A stretch of 57,897 bases of DNA, from the IMG/VR virus record IMGVR_UViG_3300007004_000001, positions 1 to 57,897 of that record. One strand, 5' to 3'. Position numbers and translations under genes: made by a program. This DNA is from a virus (taxonomy: Duplodnaviria; Caudoviricetes). This document shows positions 35,703 through 45,700 of the stretch, in pieces. Each line of letters starts with the position of its first letter. The first letter of the stretch is position 1. The notes below the pieces were generated by a model that saw nothing but the letters and a program-made list of their open reading frames with translations, made no database searches and was not told where the DNA came from.

Positions 35703-36229
35703 GCGGAACATCCGACACGTGGCAGACCCCGCCGTGGATCATCGAGCGGGTCACGCGAATCGAACCGATCGCGCTCGATCCGTGCGCGGCGAAGAAGGTG
35801 GCGCAGCACTTCGGGGAGTGCAACATCGATGAGGTCGCCGACGGGTTGTCCGTCTCATGGCATCCACTCGTCGCACCGGGCGCGCTCGTCTACGTCAACC
35901 CGCCGTACAGCCGCGGCAACCTGCCAGCGTGGACGAAGAAGTGCGCCGACGAGGCTGAGCGCGGCCTCCAGGTCGTTACGCTAATCCCGTCGCGGACCGG
36001 GGAGAGGTGGTTCGCTGAGCAGGTGTGGGACCGCGCACAGGCCGCATGCTTCCTGCTCGGCCGCATCGCGTTCATCGACCCTGAGACCGGCGAGGAAGCG
36101 AGCGGAACAGGCCGGTTCTCGTCGGTGGTCGTCTACTACGGCGCGCACCGCGATCGGTTCCTCGACGCGTTCGAGGGCGCCGGGATGCTCTGCCGGCTCA
36201 ACGCGGAGCGGAATGTGAGGGCGGCGTGA
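35699..36229 (+). CDS. Phage DNA N6-adenine methyltransferase (phage Dam family)
   Basis: DTWQTP, LDPCA, DGL..W and VYVNPPYS. Confidence 0.88.
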   Translation: MSGTSDTWQTPPWIIERVTRIEPIALDPCAAKKVAQHFGECNIDEVADGLSVSWHPLVAPGALVYVNPPYSRGNLPAWTKKCADEAERGLQVVTLIPSRTGERWFAEQVWDRAQAACFLLGRIAFIDPETGEEASGTGRFSSVVVYYGAHRDRFLDAFEGAGMLCRLNAERNVRAA

Positions 36230-36675
36230 CCTTATCGCTCGTCCCCGTCACGCTGCGAGCGGCGCGCTCGTTCGTCGCGCAGCACCACCGCCATCACCGG
36301 CCGCCGCAAGGGGGGCTGTTCGCCGTGGGCGCCGCAGACGGATCCGAGGTCGTCGGCGTCGCGATCGTCGGCGTCCCCGTAGCGCGCATGCTGGCCGACG
36401 GATGGACCGCGGAGGTCACGCGGCTGTGCACACTCGGCGGCCGCAACGTCTGCTCGCTGCTCTACGGCGCGGCGTGGCGCGCATGCCGGGCGCTCGGCTA
36501 CCGCCGCCTCGTGACGTACACGCTGCCCGAGGAGGGTGGTGCGTCGCTGCGCGGTGCTGGCTGGCGATGCGTCGGTGAGGCCGGCGGTGGATCGTGGTCA
36601 CGTGCCGAGCGGCCGCGCGTCGACGAGCACCCGCTCCAGAAAAAAATCAGATGGGAGAGGTCGGGGGCGGCGTGA
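36226..36675 (+). CDS. XF1762-family (GNAT/Mom-like) protein
   Basis: HHRHH, GVAIVG.PVAR, EVTRLCT, CSLLYGAAWR and TYTL..E.GASLR.AGW. Confidence 0.8.
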   Translation: MTLSLVPVTLRAARSFVAQHHRHHRPPQGGLFAVGAADGSEVVGVAIVGVPVARMLADGWTAEVTRLCTLGGRNVCSLLYGAAWRACRALGYRRLVTYTLPEEGGASLRGAGWRCVGEAGGGSWSRAERPRVDEHPLQKKIRWERSGAA

Positions 36676-37001
36676 GGCGCGTCATCATTGAGTCGCCGTA
36701 CGCCGGCGACGTCGAGCGGAACCTTCGCTACCTCCGCGCGTGCATGGCGGACTGCTTGCGTCGCGGCGAGGCACCGTTCGCATCGCACGGGCTCTACACG
36801 CAAGAGGGCGTGCTGGACGACCGGAACCCGTCGGAGCGAGCGCATGGCATCGCTGCCGGCTTCGCGTGGCGGACCGTTGCCGACGCCACGGTGATCTATC
36901 TCGACCTCGGCTGGTCGCTCGGCATGTTTCAGGGCGAAGCCGACAGCCATGCACGCAGCGTCCCGGTGGAGCACCGCTGGCTGGGCGGGGAATGGCCATG
37001 A
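36672..37001 (+). CDS. Nucleoside 2-deoxyribosyltransferase-like protein
   Basis: VIIESPYAGDVERN..Y...GEAPFASH..Y and DLGWS.GM. Confidence 0.7.
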   Translation: MRRVIIESPYAGDVERNLRYLRACMADCLRRGEAPFASHGLYTQEGVLDDRNPSERAHGIAAGFAWRTVADATVIYLDLGWSLGMFQGEADSHARSVPVEHRWLGGEWP

Positions 37002-37300
37002 GGCGCTTCAAGGCACGCCGCGATCCGTGCGAGGCGCCGATCGTCGAGGCGTTGCGCAAGGTCGGCGCGTCGGTGGCGTTCCTCGACGGCAAGGGACTGC
37101 CCGATCTGCTCGTCGGCTTCCGCGGCGAGTTGTACCTGCTGGAGTGCAAGCAGCCGCTCGGCGTGAAGGGCGGCAAGAGCAAGGACGGGCAGCATCTCAC
37201 GCCTGACCAGGAGGCGTGGCACGCGCAGTGGAAGGGCAGGCCGCCCGCGATCGTGCGCACCGTCGAGGAGGCGTTGCGAGCGATAGGGGCCGTCCCGTGA
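36998..37300 (+). CDS. VRR-NUC-like nuclease / junction resolvase
   Basis: G.PDLLVG....LLECK...LTPDQ. Confidence 0.8.
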   Translation: MRRFKARRDPCEAPIVEALRKVGASVAFLDGKGLPDLLVGFRGELYLLECKQPLGVKGGKSKDGQHLTPDQEAWHAQWKGRPPAIVRTVEEALRAIGAVP

Positions 37301-37569
37301 GCGCGCGCCGAGCCGCAGAGCGTCGCGCCGCCGATGCCCGCACGCGCCTCGACTGGGCGCTGATCTACACGCTGATGGCGCGGCAGGACGAGCCGGACCT
37401 GGAAGAAGCGTTGCTCGTCGAGCGCGCGCGACATGACGACACGATCCCGCTCGGCCGGCTGCTGCGCGAGTGGGAGGTCAGCGACCGGAAGTACCGGGCA
37501 CATGACCACGAGGCGTTCGAGGGCTGGCCGGAGCTGTCGCCGGTGAGCGGCGAGATGGAGGCGAGATGA
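37297..37569 (+). CDS. Hypothetical protein
   Basis: GTGA coupling. Confidence 0.5.
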   Translation: MSARRAAERRAADARTRLDWALIYTLMARQDEPDLEEALLVERARHDDTIPLGRLLREWEVSDRKYRAHDHEAFEGWPELSPVSGEMEAR

Positions 37570-37982
37570 AGCGAGCACAAGAGCAGGTCGAGGAGTTCCA
37601 CCGCGCAATGGACTCGCCGAATGGGGATCGCGCAGCACCGGGGTTCTCGCGGGTAGAACTGCGCATGAAGCTCATCCGCGACGAGGTCAAGGAGCTGTTC
37701 GACGCGATCGCGTTGAACGACTTCGTGGAGGCCGTAGACGCACTGGCGGACATCAGCTACGTCGTGATCGGGACGGCTGCGGAGTGGGGCGTTGACCTCG
37801 CGCCGATCTGGGACGAGGTGCATCGCTCGAACATGGCCAAGAAGGGCGGAGAGAAGCGAGCCGACGGGAAGATCCTGAAGCCGCCGGGCTGGACACCGCC
37901 GGACATTGCTGGGGTGCTCGCGCGGCAGATGCGCTCTGCCGAGATCGTCGAGGAGATCGTCGACGAGGACGATGGAGCATGA
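37566..37982 (+). CDS. MazG-like nucleotide pyrophosphohydrolase (PRA-PH-like)
   Basis: LIRDEVKEL, DALADISYV, EVHRSNMAK and DGKILKP. Confidence 0.85.
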   Translation: MKRAQEQVEEFHRAMDSPNGDRAAPGFSRVELRMKLIRDEVKELFDAIALNDFVEAVDALADISYVVIGTAAEWGVDLAPIWDEVHRSNMAKKGGEKRADGKILKPPGWTPPDIAGVLARQMRSAEIVEEIVDEDDGA

Positions 37983-38633
37983 GCGACCCAATCTTCCAAA
38001 CCGCTTCTGGCCACCTGGTAGTGGCTCGTGGCGCCATGCACAGAGTGCGCGGGCAATGGAGAGTTCTCTGTTATCGCGTCGAACCTCCAGGTGGCTGCTA
38101 CGGCGAGCTCGTCGTGTCGGCGCTCAAGGCGAAGAACCACCTGGCGCGCGATCTGAAGCGTGAGGCAAAGCGCCGTACTGCGGAGGATAGACAGTGAAGA
38201 GCAACGCCCGCTTTCGCCCGCCCAACGCCGCATCCGTGCCGGTGCTAGGCGCGCCGCCAACCGGACCGGTCATGCGCATGCGGCGCATCGTGCCAGAGAC
38301 GGCACATGACGCTGTGGAGCGCGCCAGAGCCATGCCGTGGTGGCCGCGGGTGAAACGCGAGCAGCCGTACTCGTGCGCGGCGTGGTGGGTCTGGACGGTG
38401 CGGGCGTGACCGCCCCGCTCGTCCTCGAGCTCCAGGGCACCGCACCGACCACGGCCGCCGCGCTCCCCTGCGACTACTGCGGCGAGGGCAGGGGCGCTCC
38501 GGTCTACCCGCTGCTCAAGAACGGCCCCAGTGCGTGCGAGGCGTGCATGGCGCTGCCGGTCAAGCAGCGCGTCGACGTGTACTGCGACAGGCTGATGCGG
38601 ATCGCCGGGAAGCCGAACAGCGACGCTCCGTAG
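37979..38633 (+). other. Three small coupled hypothetical genes (37979-38197, 38194-38409, 38406-38633)
   Basis: ATGA/GTGA overlaps. Confidence 0.45.
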
Positions 38634-38699
38634 CCGCCCCACCACGCCCGCTCTTGCACTCCGGTCGTGGCGGCTGGGCTCCTCGGCCCGCACCGGATC

Positions 38700-38936
38700 T
38701 CAGCGAGGGTGCCAACGCTGCCAGTGCCGCGAGTCGTCCGACTGCTCGTGCGTCGCCGCGTCGTGCTCGATCAACCTCACCTCGGCAGGGTGTAGCGCGT
38801 CCTCACCAGTGGTGCGCGCGTCCGCTCGTCGGGCAGCTCGGTCGCGTGCGAGACGAGCTGCACCGTTGTGGCCGCACACGCCGCAGCCGCGACCATGGTG
38901 CGGGCAGTGACGGCGGTGTTCTCGAGAGCGGGACAT
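38700..38936 (-). CDS. Small Cys/His-rich protein, oppositely oriented
   Basis: SD GAGGAG; CxxC repeats; possible TTGACC-17-CTCACT promoter upstream. Confidence 0.5.
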   Translation of the reverse strand: MSRSREHRRHCPHHGRGCGVCGHNGAARLARDRAARRADARTTGEDALHPAEVRLIEHDAATHEQSDDSRHWQRWHPR

Positions 38937-39316
38937 GATTGGGAGTGCTCCTCGGGCAGGGGAGTGATCTCAGACGCGCGCACGCGTGAGACTCAGTGAG
39001 TCAGGTGTGAACGCGGCGGTCAAGGAATCTCACGCTATGAGCGACCGGCGCAGTGTAATCGTACCGTGTGGTTGCAATCGCGATGCACCTGCATCCAGGT
39101 AGCAGGCCGGGATCATCTAGAAACGGGGCGAAAACTCCAAATAACCTGTTGCGCATATGGTCACGTATGGCAACGTATGGTCATTCCGATGGCGAAGTGC
39201 CCGAAATGCGGCGGTGAAGGCGAGACGGTCATTGGCCAGTACGTAGCCTGTGCTCGCTGCGACGGGACGGGTGCGCCCGAGGGGAGTGCTGCGCCTGCGA
39301 CGGGGAGGGCGAAGCC

Positions 39317-39802
39317 ATGAGCGCCCCCCGCCGCCTCATTGTCACATCACAGCCCGCCGCGCCCGCGAAGAACAAGGGCGGCCGTCCGAAGGGCAGCGAC
39401 AACTCGACGGGCCGGCTCACCCGTGCCGCAGTGGCGCGCGAAGCGAACGGCTGGCTGCCGCTGCTCAAGGCGATGCGCCTCGGTGTGCGGGACAAGCTCG
39501 CGCACCTCGCGCACGAAGCAGAGGAGTACGGCGAGGGGTTCTTGCCGCCGCGCGAGCTCCTCGAGGCGGTGCGCGTCGCCACGGCCGGAGTCGAGCGGAT
39601 GGGGGCACTGGTCAAGGCGTTCGAGGCCAAGACGCTCGAGCAGCTCGGCCAGATGAGCGACGCGGACCTCCAGCAGGCGCTGCGGGACGCGGTCGCCTCG
39701 CTGCCGCTCGACGAGCTCGAGGCGCTGGTAGCTGAGCGGCGCACGGCGGAGAGCGAGACGGCACTGGACGAGGCGCTCGGGCCGGAAGCGGAGGCGCAGT
39801 GA
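39317..39802 (+). CDS. Terminase small subunit (putative)
   Basis: GGRPKGS.N N-terminus with a helical body; near the start of the packaging operon. Confidence 0.65.
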   Translation: MSAPRRLIVTSQPAAPAKNKGGRPKGSDNSTGRLTRAAVAREANGWLPLLKAMRLGVRDKLAHLAHEAEEYGEGFLPPRELLEAVRVATAGVERMGALVKAFEAKTLEQLGQMSDADLQQALRDAVASLPLDELEALVAERRTAESETALDEALGPEAEAQ

Positions 39803-40584
39803 TGGAGCGAGACTGGGAATCGAGGACCGTCTACCAGGCTCTCGAGGTGACGCCGGAGCAGATCGAGGCGTCTCGCGGCGACCAAGCGTTCGTTGACGTC
39901 ACGGACGACGCAGCGGCGGTAGCTGAACTGCGACGGGTTCGGGGCCTGCCGCTGATCGACACGGACGCGGAGATGCGAGCGGCATATCCGAACGTCGCGT
40001 TGACGGCACTCGCCATCCCCATCGAGCGCGGCGGGATCGACGGCATCAAGATGCGGCAGGACGGCTCGGTCGTCGCCGCCGATGACGTTGTGGTCGGAAC
40101 GATCGAGCGGCTCTGTCACCGCCCCCGCATCATCGTCTCGGGCGGCCAGTCCGGCGCCGACCGCGCAGGCTGGGACGCGGCGATCGCAGTCGGCATCGAC
40201 CACGACGGGTTCGTTCCGAAGGGTCGCATCTGCGAGGACGGCGTCATCCCGTGGCGCTACGAGTGCCGCCAGACAGGCACGAGCAACTACGGCGAGCGTA
40301 CGGCGCTGAACGTCAAGCACAGCGACGCGACGCTGCTGTTCCACTTCGGCGTGTGCAGTGGTGGCTCGCTGCTCACGTTCAAACTGGCGCGCAAGTTCGC
40401 CAAGCCGTGCATGGTCGTCAAGCTCGACCGCTTCAGCGACGAGCACGTCGCCGGCATCCGCGCCTGGGTCGACAAGTACAAGCCGGAGATCCTGAACGTC
40501 GCGGGCCAGCGAGAGAGCAAGGCGCCGGGCATCAGCGAGATCGTCAAGAACATCCTCGTCGCGGTGTTCGAGGGCGGGGCGTGA
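39799..40584 (+). CDS. SLOG-family protein (putative molybdenum-carrier/YpsA-like) with an N-terminal extension
   Basis: IVSGGQSGADRA, G..PKG, Y..RT..NV..SDATL and LNVAG.RES..PGI. Confidence 0.85.
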   Translation: MMERDWESRTVYQALEVTPEQIEASRGDQAFVDVTDDAAAVAELRRVRGLPLIDTDAEMRAAYPNVALTALAIPIERGGIDGIKMRQDGSVVAADDVVVGTIERLCHRPRIIVSGGQSGADRAGWDAAIAVGIDHDGFVPKGRICEDGVIPWRYECRQTGTSNYGERTALNVKHSDATLLFHFGVCSGGSLLTFKLARKFAKPCMVVKLDRFSDEHVAGIRAWVDKYKPEILNVAGQRESKAPGISEIVKNILVAVFEGGA

Positions 40585-41054
40585 ACACAGCGGCCACATC
40601 CTCCGCTGCGCTCGCCGTTACGCCTCCGGTGCGCATCCGTCCGGCGACGGCAGACGATGTCGCGTTCATCCTCAGCGCGTGGCTCCGCTCGTTCCGCGAC
40701 GCGTGGCCGAACTGCGCGATGCCGCCGCGGGTCTACTACGACCACTATCACCCGCTCGCGACGGAGATCCTGCAACGCGACACCGTGCGCGGGATGGTCG
40801 CGTGCCGTCCCGATCAGCCATCGCGGCTCTACGGCTACGTCGTCGGTGAGCACGCCGGGGACATCCCCGTGCTGCACTACATCGGTGTGAAACGGGCGTA
40901 TCGCGGCGTCGGTATCGCGACGCTGCTGGCCCGCGCGATCGGCATCGTCGATGACGCGTTCGTCTACACCTTCTCGGGGCCGTACGCGAAGCAACTCACG
41001 CGTCGTCGGCCCGCTGCGACCCACGTCGAGATCCAGGAGTTCCTGAAGCCATGA
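40581..41054 (+). CDS. GNAT-fold protein
   Basis: IRPATADD...LHYIGVKRAYRGVGIAT.L. Confidence 0.75.
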   Translation: MNTAATSSAALAVTPPVRIRPATADDVAFILSAWLRSFRDAWPNCAMPPRVYYDHYHPLATEILQRDTVRGMVACRPDQPSRLYGYVVGEHAGDIPVLHYIGVKRAYRGVGIATLLARAIGIVDDAFVYTFSGPYAKQLTRRRPAATHVEIQEFLKP

Positions 41055-41365
41055 AGATCAACCGCATCAACTTCGCTCGGAGCTTCTCGCTCAACGGGCG
41101 GACCGTGACGAACTTTATCCCGGCGGAGACGCTGTGGAAGGGCTGGAACGCCGAGGTCCGTGGCGCGTCGGTATACCTCGTGCCACCTCCGCGCGTCGAG
41201 GGTCGCCGCATCGCCGTCGAGGTGCCGCGCGTGAGCTGCGAGGTGTTCTACGAGCTCGCCGCCGACGAGGCGTTCGAGTGGCAGCTGAGCAAGGCGCCGG
41301 AGCCCGCCAAGGTGCCGGAGGCAGCGGCTCAGACGAAGGGCGAGCAGAAGGGCGGTGCGAAATGA
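41051..41365 (+). CDS. Hypothetical protein
   Basis: Coupled ORF. Confidence 0.55.
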   Translation: MKINRINFARSFSLNGRTVTNFIPAETLWKGWNAEVRGASVYLVPPPRVEGRRIAVEVPRVSCEVFYELAADEAFEWQLSKAPEPAKVPEAAAQTKGEQKGGAK

Positions 41366-41733
41366 GCGCCGCCGTGAACCTGCCGATCGTCGAGGAGCGA
41401 TGGAGCGTCAAAGGGATGGACCTGGAATATGCGCTCTGCGTGGACGTTCCAGAAGGCGGCCTTATCCCCAGCGGGCAATCCTGGTTTGTCACCTATACGG
41501 CGGCGGGGGCGAGTGACGCCACGCGGCAGGCAATACGAGAGTTCGCGCTCGCCGGGGTGAAACGACAGTACGAGGCTGGGCCGGGAGTCGGGCCGGTCGG
41601 CGCCGACTGGTACATCACCAAGGTCGACTACGACGATGGCATCTGGAGCTTGCGCCGCGACTCCGGCGAGACGCTACAGGTTGCGCGCAAGGACATCGCG
41701 CGCCTCGAACAGATCCTGGGAGCGATCGCCTGA
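41362..41733 (+). CDS. Hypothetical protein
   Basis: ATGA coupling. Confidence 0.5.
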   Translation: MSAAVNLPIVEERWSVKGMDLEYALCVDVPEGGLIPSGQSWFVTYTAAGASDATRQAIREFALAGVKRQYEAGPGVGPVGADWYITKVDYDDGIWSLRRDSGETLQVARKDIARLEQILGAIA

Positions 41734-41736
41734 CGT

Positions 41737-43401
41737 GTGTCTCCGCGCCGCCCCATACCGCTCCAGCTGCTGCTCGCCGAGGCCGCTCGCCGAGGCAATC
41801 GCGGCGTGGACGCAAACGCCAAGGCGGTACGCATCGCGCAGCAACGCGAGCGGTTCCGGCGCGCGATCGACTGGCTGCTCGGCGACGAGCACCCGAAGCA
41901 ACAGGCGTTCACAAGCAGCAAGGCTCAGCTGGTCGCCGGATTCTGCACGCGGCGCGCGGGCAAGACGCGAGGTGGGGTGCGCCGCGTGCTCGCCGACGCG
42001 ATTCGCAACGTGTGGTGGCAGGTCTACGTCAACGAGACGCGCGCCGAGGCCGTCAAGCTGGTGTGGAGCGGCCCGCCCAAGCAGCGCGACGGCCTCATGC
42101 CGCTGCTCCACGACTGCGGTCTCAAAGAGGGCCTCGACTACCGCACAAACAAGACCGAACTGCGCGTCACCATCGTCCATCTCGGGGTCGACCGCGACGA
42201 GGAGAGCTACATTGACCTTGTCGGAGCCGACGACGAGGACCAGTGCAACAAGCTGCGCGGCCCCTCGTACAACCGCGCGTGGCTGGACGAGGCGCAGAAG
42301 CTCCGCCACATCGAGCCGCTCATCCGCGGTGCGCTCATGCCCGCCATGATGGACTTCGGCGGACAGATCTGGCTGACCGGCACACCGAGCGTCGAGTGCG
42401 CCGGCTTGTTCTACGACGTCACGAATCTCGAGCAGCCTGAACAGGGCTGGGAGGTTCATCGCTGGTCCGTGCGTGACAATCCGTTCTTCGGCGCGACACC
42501 CGATGAGCGGTGGGCGCGAACCGGAGCGGTCTACCTGCAACAGAACAACATCACCGCAGACGATCCGGACTTCCGCCGAGAGTGGGGTCCGGAATGGGTC
42601 AAGGAAGGCGCGCGGTACGTCTACGCGATTCACAGCGTCGAGGCGCACCGCCGCACGTTCGCTCCGCAGCGACTGCTCGCGGATGGGTTCTACGATCATG
42701 AGCGCGCCATTGCGGATCTCCCCCGTCGCCCGAACGGCCGCGCCTACCAGTGGATGTTCGGCATCGGCGGAGATCTCGGCTACGACCCCGACCCGTTCGC
42801 GCTCGCGATCGGGGCCTTCACGCCGGAGCTTCGCGACATCTACGAGATGTGGAGTTGGAAGCAGACGAAGCTGATCCCAGACGAGCAGATGGCGGTGATT
42901 CGTCGCCTGATGCGCGTTGTCCCGTTCGTCGTGATGCCGTTCGACCCAGCCGGCGCGAACGTCAAAGGCATGCTGAAGGGATGGCAGGAGCGATACGACG
43001 TGCCGGTCGAAGAGGCCGACAAGGCGCACAAGGCGACCTGGCGCGAGATGCTGAACGGCGACATCCGAGCAGGCCGCGTTCACTTCCGCGAGGGCTCACC
43101 GCTGCTCGACGAGATGGTGCACCTGCAATGGCGTCGACAAACGAGTGGCAACGCCAAGCCTGTCGAGTGGGCGGACCGTGTGGTGTCGAGCAAGAGCAAG
43201 CGAGTCCCTGGCAATCACTGCTGTGACGGATGGCTCTATCAGTACCGCCACATGACTCACTACCTATATCAGGACAAGCCGCCACCTCCAAAGGTGGGCA
43301 CGCCCGAATGGGCACAGCGCGAGGCAGAGCAGATGGAACAGGCCGTCGACGAGTACGTGCACGCCAAGGCGCACGAGGAGGACTTCTATGGCTACGAATG
43401 A
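41737..43401 (+). CDS. terL: Terminase large subunit
   Basis: Walker A TRRAGKT, Walker B WLDEAQ, LTGTP, DNPF, nuclease GGDLG..D and NHCCD..Y. Confidence 0.92.
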   Translation: MSPRRPIPLQLLLAEAARRGNRGVDANAKAVRIAQQRERFRRAIDWLLGDEHPKQQAFTSSKAQLVAGFCTRRAGKTRGGVRRVLADAIRNVWWQVYVNETRAEAVKLVWSGPPKQRDGLMPLLHDCGLKEGLDYRTNKTELRVTIVHLGVDRDEESYIDLVGADDEDQCNKLRGPSYNRAWLDEAQKLRHIEPLIRGALMPAMMDFGGQIWLTGTPSVECAGLFYDVTNLEQPEQGWEVHRWSVRDNPFFGATPDERWARTGAVYLQQNNITADDPDFRREWGPEWVKEGARYVYAIHSVEAHRRTFAPQRLLADGFYDHERAIADLPRRPNGRAYQWMFGIGGDLGYDPDPFALAIGAFTPELRDIYEMWSWKQTKLIPDEQMAVIRRLMRVVPFVVMPFDPAGANVKGMLKGWQERYDVPVEEADKAHKATWREMLNGDIRAGRVHFREGSPLLDEMVHLQWRRQTSGNAKPVEWADRVVSSKSKRVPGNHCCDGWLYQYRHMTHYLYQDKPPPPKVGTPEWAQREAEQMEQAVDEYVHAKAHEEDFYGYE

Positions 43402-43699
43402 CAGGCGGCGACCGGCGAGGGCCTTGCCGCCCGCAGACGTTGTGCAGCCGGTGCTCTTGGGTGCCGAGGGGCGTATCGCGTCCCTGCTCACCTGGGCGCG
43501 CGCGAACGGCTACAGCGTCGGCGCGCTCACGGTCGGCGACGTCTCGATCGCGCTCACCGACATGCAGGGCGGCGGCAAGGGGCGTCCGGCCGAGGGCCCG
43601 AAGGATGCGGCCGAGGGCGAAGCGGACGAGGACATCTACGAGCAATACGGGCGGGGCGATCCGGAATGGGACGCGCTCCAGGCACGCAAGAAGGGGTGA
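43388..43699 (+). CDS. Hypothetical protein
   Basis: SD GAGGAGG; between terL and portal. Confidence 0.55.
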   Translation: MATNDRRRPARALPPADVVQPVLLGAEGRIASLLTWARANGYSVGALTVGDVSIALTDMQGGGKGRPAEGPKDAAEGEADEDIYEQYGRGDPEWDALQARKKG

Positions 43700-43702
43700 A
43701 CC

Positions 43703-45685
43703 ATGGCGCCGACAAAGACGAGCAACGCGTACTGGTGGAAAACGGAGTGCGGCGATGGCGCCAACGTCCACGACTCGATCGTCGCGCACGCCGAGGCGCT
43801 GTGGGCGATGCACACGCCGATGCGCGCCCGCGATCGGATCCACGCCCGCATCTACCGCGCAACGCCGATGCTCGCCGGCGGGAAGTACGCCGAGGCGCTC
43901 GTGCACCTGGACCAGCGTGGCTACGGGCAGGCGAGGCTGAACGTCACGAAAAGCATCGTCGACACCGCGGTCGCCAAGCTCGGCAAGGAGCGGCCGATGC
44001 CGTCGGTGGTGACCGACGACTCTGACTGGAGCATCAAGCGCAAGGCCCGGAAGTTCACGCGGTTCATGAAGGGCAAGATGCAGGAGACCGACTTCGATCG
44101 GATCGCCCCGCTCGTGCTCCGCGACGCGTGCCTGTTCGGAACAGGCGTGATCAAAATCGGCGCGGCGTTCGGCGAGATCTGCCCGGAGCGCACGTTCAAG
44201 GAGGAGATTCTCGTCGACCCGCGCGAAGCTCGAAAGGGCAAGCCGCGGCAGCTCGGCCAGGTCAAGCAGTACAACCGCGAAGTCCTGTGCGAGATGGTCG
44301 AGGGGTGGGGCCTCGGCGAGAAGGCCACCAAGCGGATGCTGCTCGCCATCGAGCGGGCCACCGCGTCGACGCAGTACCGGGGCGAGGCGGACGACGACAT
44401 CCCGTCATCGGCCGGCACCGACGACGATCAGATCGACGTCTACGAGTGGTGGCACCTGCCGAGCTCGCCGGACGCCAAGGACGGCAAGCACGCGATCGTG
44501 ATCAAGGGATGCACGCTGCTCTACGAGGAGTACGAGCGGCCACGCTTCCCGTTCGCGTTCGTGCACTGGACTGCACCGGTCAAGGGCTTCTGGGGCACCG
44601 GCGTCGTCGAGGAGCTCGCGCATCTCCAGAACCGCATCAACCAGATCATCCGCGACGTGCAGATGAACCTCGACGTCGCCGGCAAGCTGATCGCGTTCAG
44701 CAAGCGCGGCTCGGGCGTCATGGCGCGACAGCTGGTCGGCCGCTTCCCGACGTTCGTCGAGTACGACGGGATCAAGCCGGACTTCGTCGTGCCGCAGGCC
44801 GTCTCGCCTCAGCAGATCCAGCTGCTCGACAAGTTCATCCAGTGGGCCTACGACCTGACCGGCGTCTCGCAGATGAGCGCGCAGAGCAAGAACACGCTCG
44901 GCGCCGGAGCGAGCGGCGTAGCGCTGGATTCGTTCTACGACATCCAGAGCGAGCGGTTCGCTCACGTGCAAGCCGGCTACGCCAACTTCCGCCTGGACTG
45001 CGGCGAGCTGTACATCGACGCGGCCTATGACATCGCCGAGTGTCGCGAGGAGATGGACGACGGCGAGGACGAGAACGGCGAGAAGCGGACGAAGCGCAAG
45101 CCGTACACAGCGGCGCACGTCGACAAGCAGGCCGTGGAGCGCCTCGACTGGGACGGCGTGTCGCTCGAGCGCGACCAGTTCACGCTGCGACTCGAGGCGG
45201 TCAACTTCCTACCCGACACCCGCGCGGGGAAGCTCGCCGCGGTGAACGAGCTGTCGCTCGCCGGCGTCATCGAGAAGACCTACGCCTCGTCGCTGTTCGA
45301 CGAGCCGGATCTCGAGCGCGTCAACCGGATCCAGAACGCCGCGTACAACAACCTCGAGCGCTGCATGGAGCAGATCGCCGACGAAGATCGGGACATGCCG
45401 GTCGTGCACCCCTATCTCGATCTGAAGCTCGCAAAGAAGATGGCCATGGCCTACTACAACCGCGCCGAGGCCGAGGGTGCGCCCGACGAGGTGCTGGGGC
45501 GCTACCGAGCGTTCATCGATCTGCTCAAGGCGCAGGAGCCCCCGCCCCCGCCGCCACCCGCCTCGCCACCTGGCATGCCACCGGGTGCGCCGCCAATGCC
45601 ACCGCCGGGCGGTATGCCGATGCCCGAAGCCCCGATCGACCCCGCGGCGATGGCGCCACCGATGCCCGCGATGCCGCCCGCCTGA
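43703..45685 (+). CDS. Portal protein
   Basis: 660 aa after terL; DACLFGTGVIK, FWGTGVVEEL..LQ..IN, TGVS...SGVAL and a Pro/Met-rich tail. Confidence 0.88.
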   Translation: MAPTKTSNAYWWKTECGDGANVHDSIVAHAEALWAMHTPMRARDRIHARIYRATPMLAGGKYAEALVHLDQRGYGQARLNVTKSIVDTAVAKLGKERPMPSVVTDDSDWSIKRKARKFTRFMKGKMQETDFDRIAPLVLRDACLFGTGVIKIGAAFGEICPERTFKEEILVDPREARKGKPRQLGQVKQYNREVLCEMVEGWGLGEKATKRMLLAIERATASTQYRGEADDDIPSSAGTDDDQIDVYEWWHLPSSPDAKDGKHAIVIKGCTLLYEEYERPRFPFAFVHWTAPVKGFWGTGVVEELAHLQNRINQIIRDVQMNLDVAGKLIAFSKRGSGVMARQLVGRFPTFVEYDGIKPDFVVPQAVSPQQIQLLDKFIQWAYDLTGVSQMSAQSKNTLGAGASGVALDSFYDIQSERFAHVQAGYANFRLDCGELYIDAAYDIAECREEMDDGEDENGEKRTKRKPYTAAHVDKQAVERLDWDGVSLERDQFTLRLEAVNFLPDTRAGKLAAVNELSLAGVIEKTYASSLFDEPDLERVNRIQNAAYNNLERCMEQIADEDRDMPVVHPYLDLKLAKKMAMAYYNRAEAEGAPDEVLGRYRAFIDLLKAQEPPPPPPPASPPGMPPGAPPMPPPGGMPMPEAPIDPAAMAPPMPAMPPA

Positions 45686-45700
45686 GGCGAGAGGAGACCC

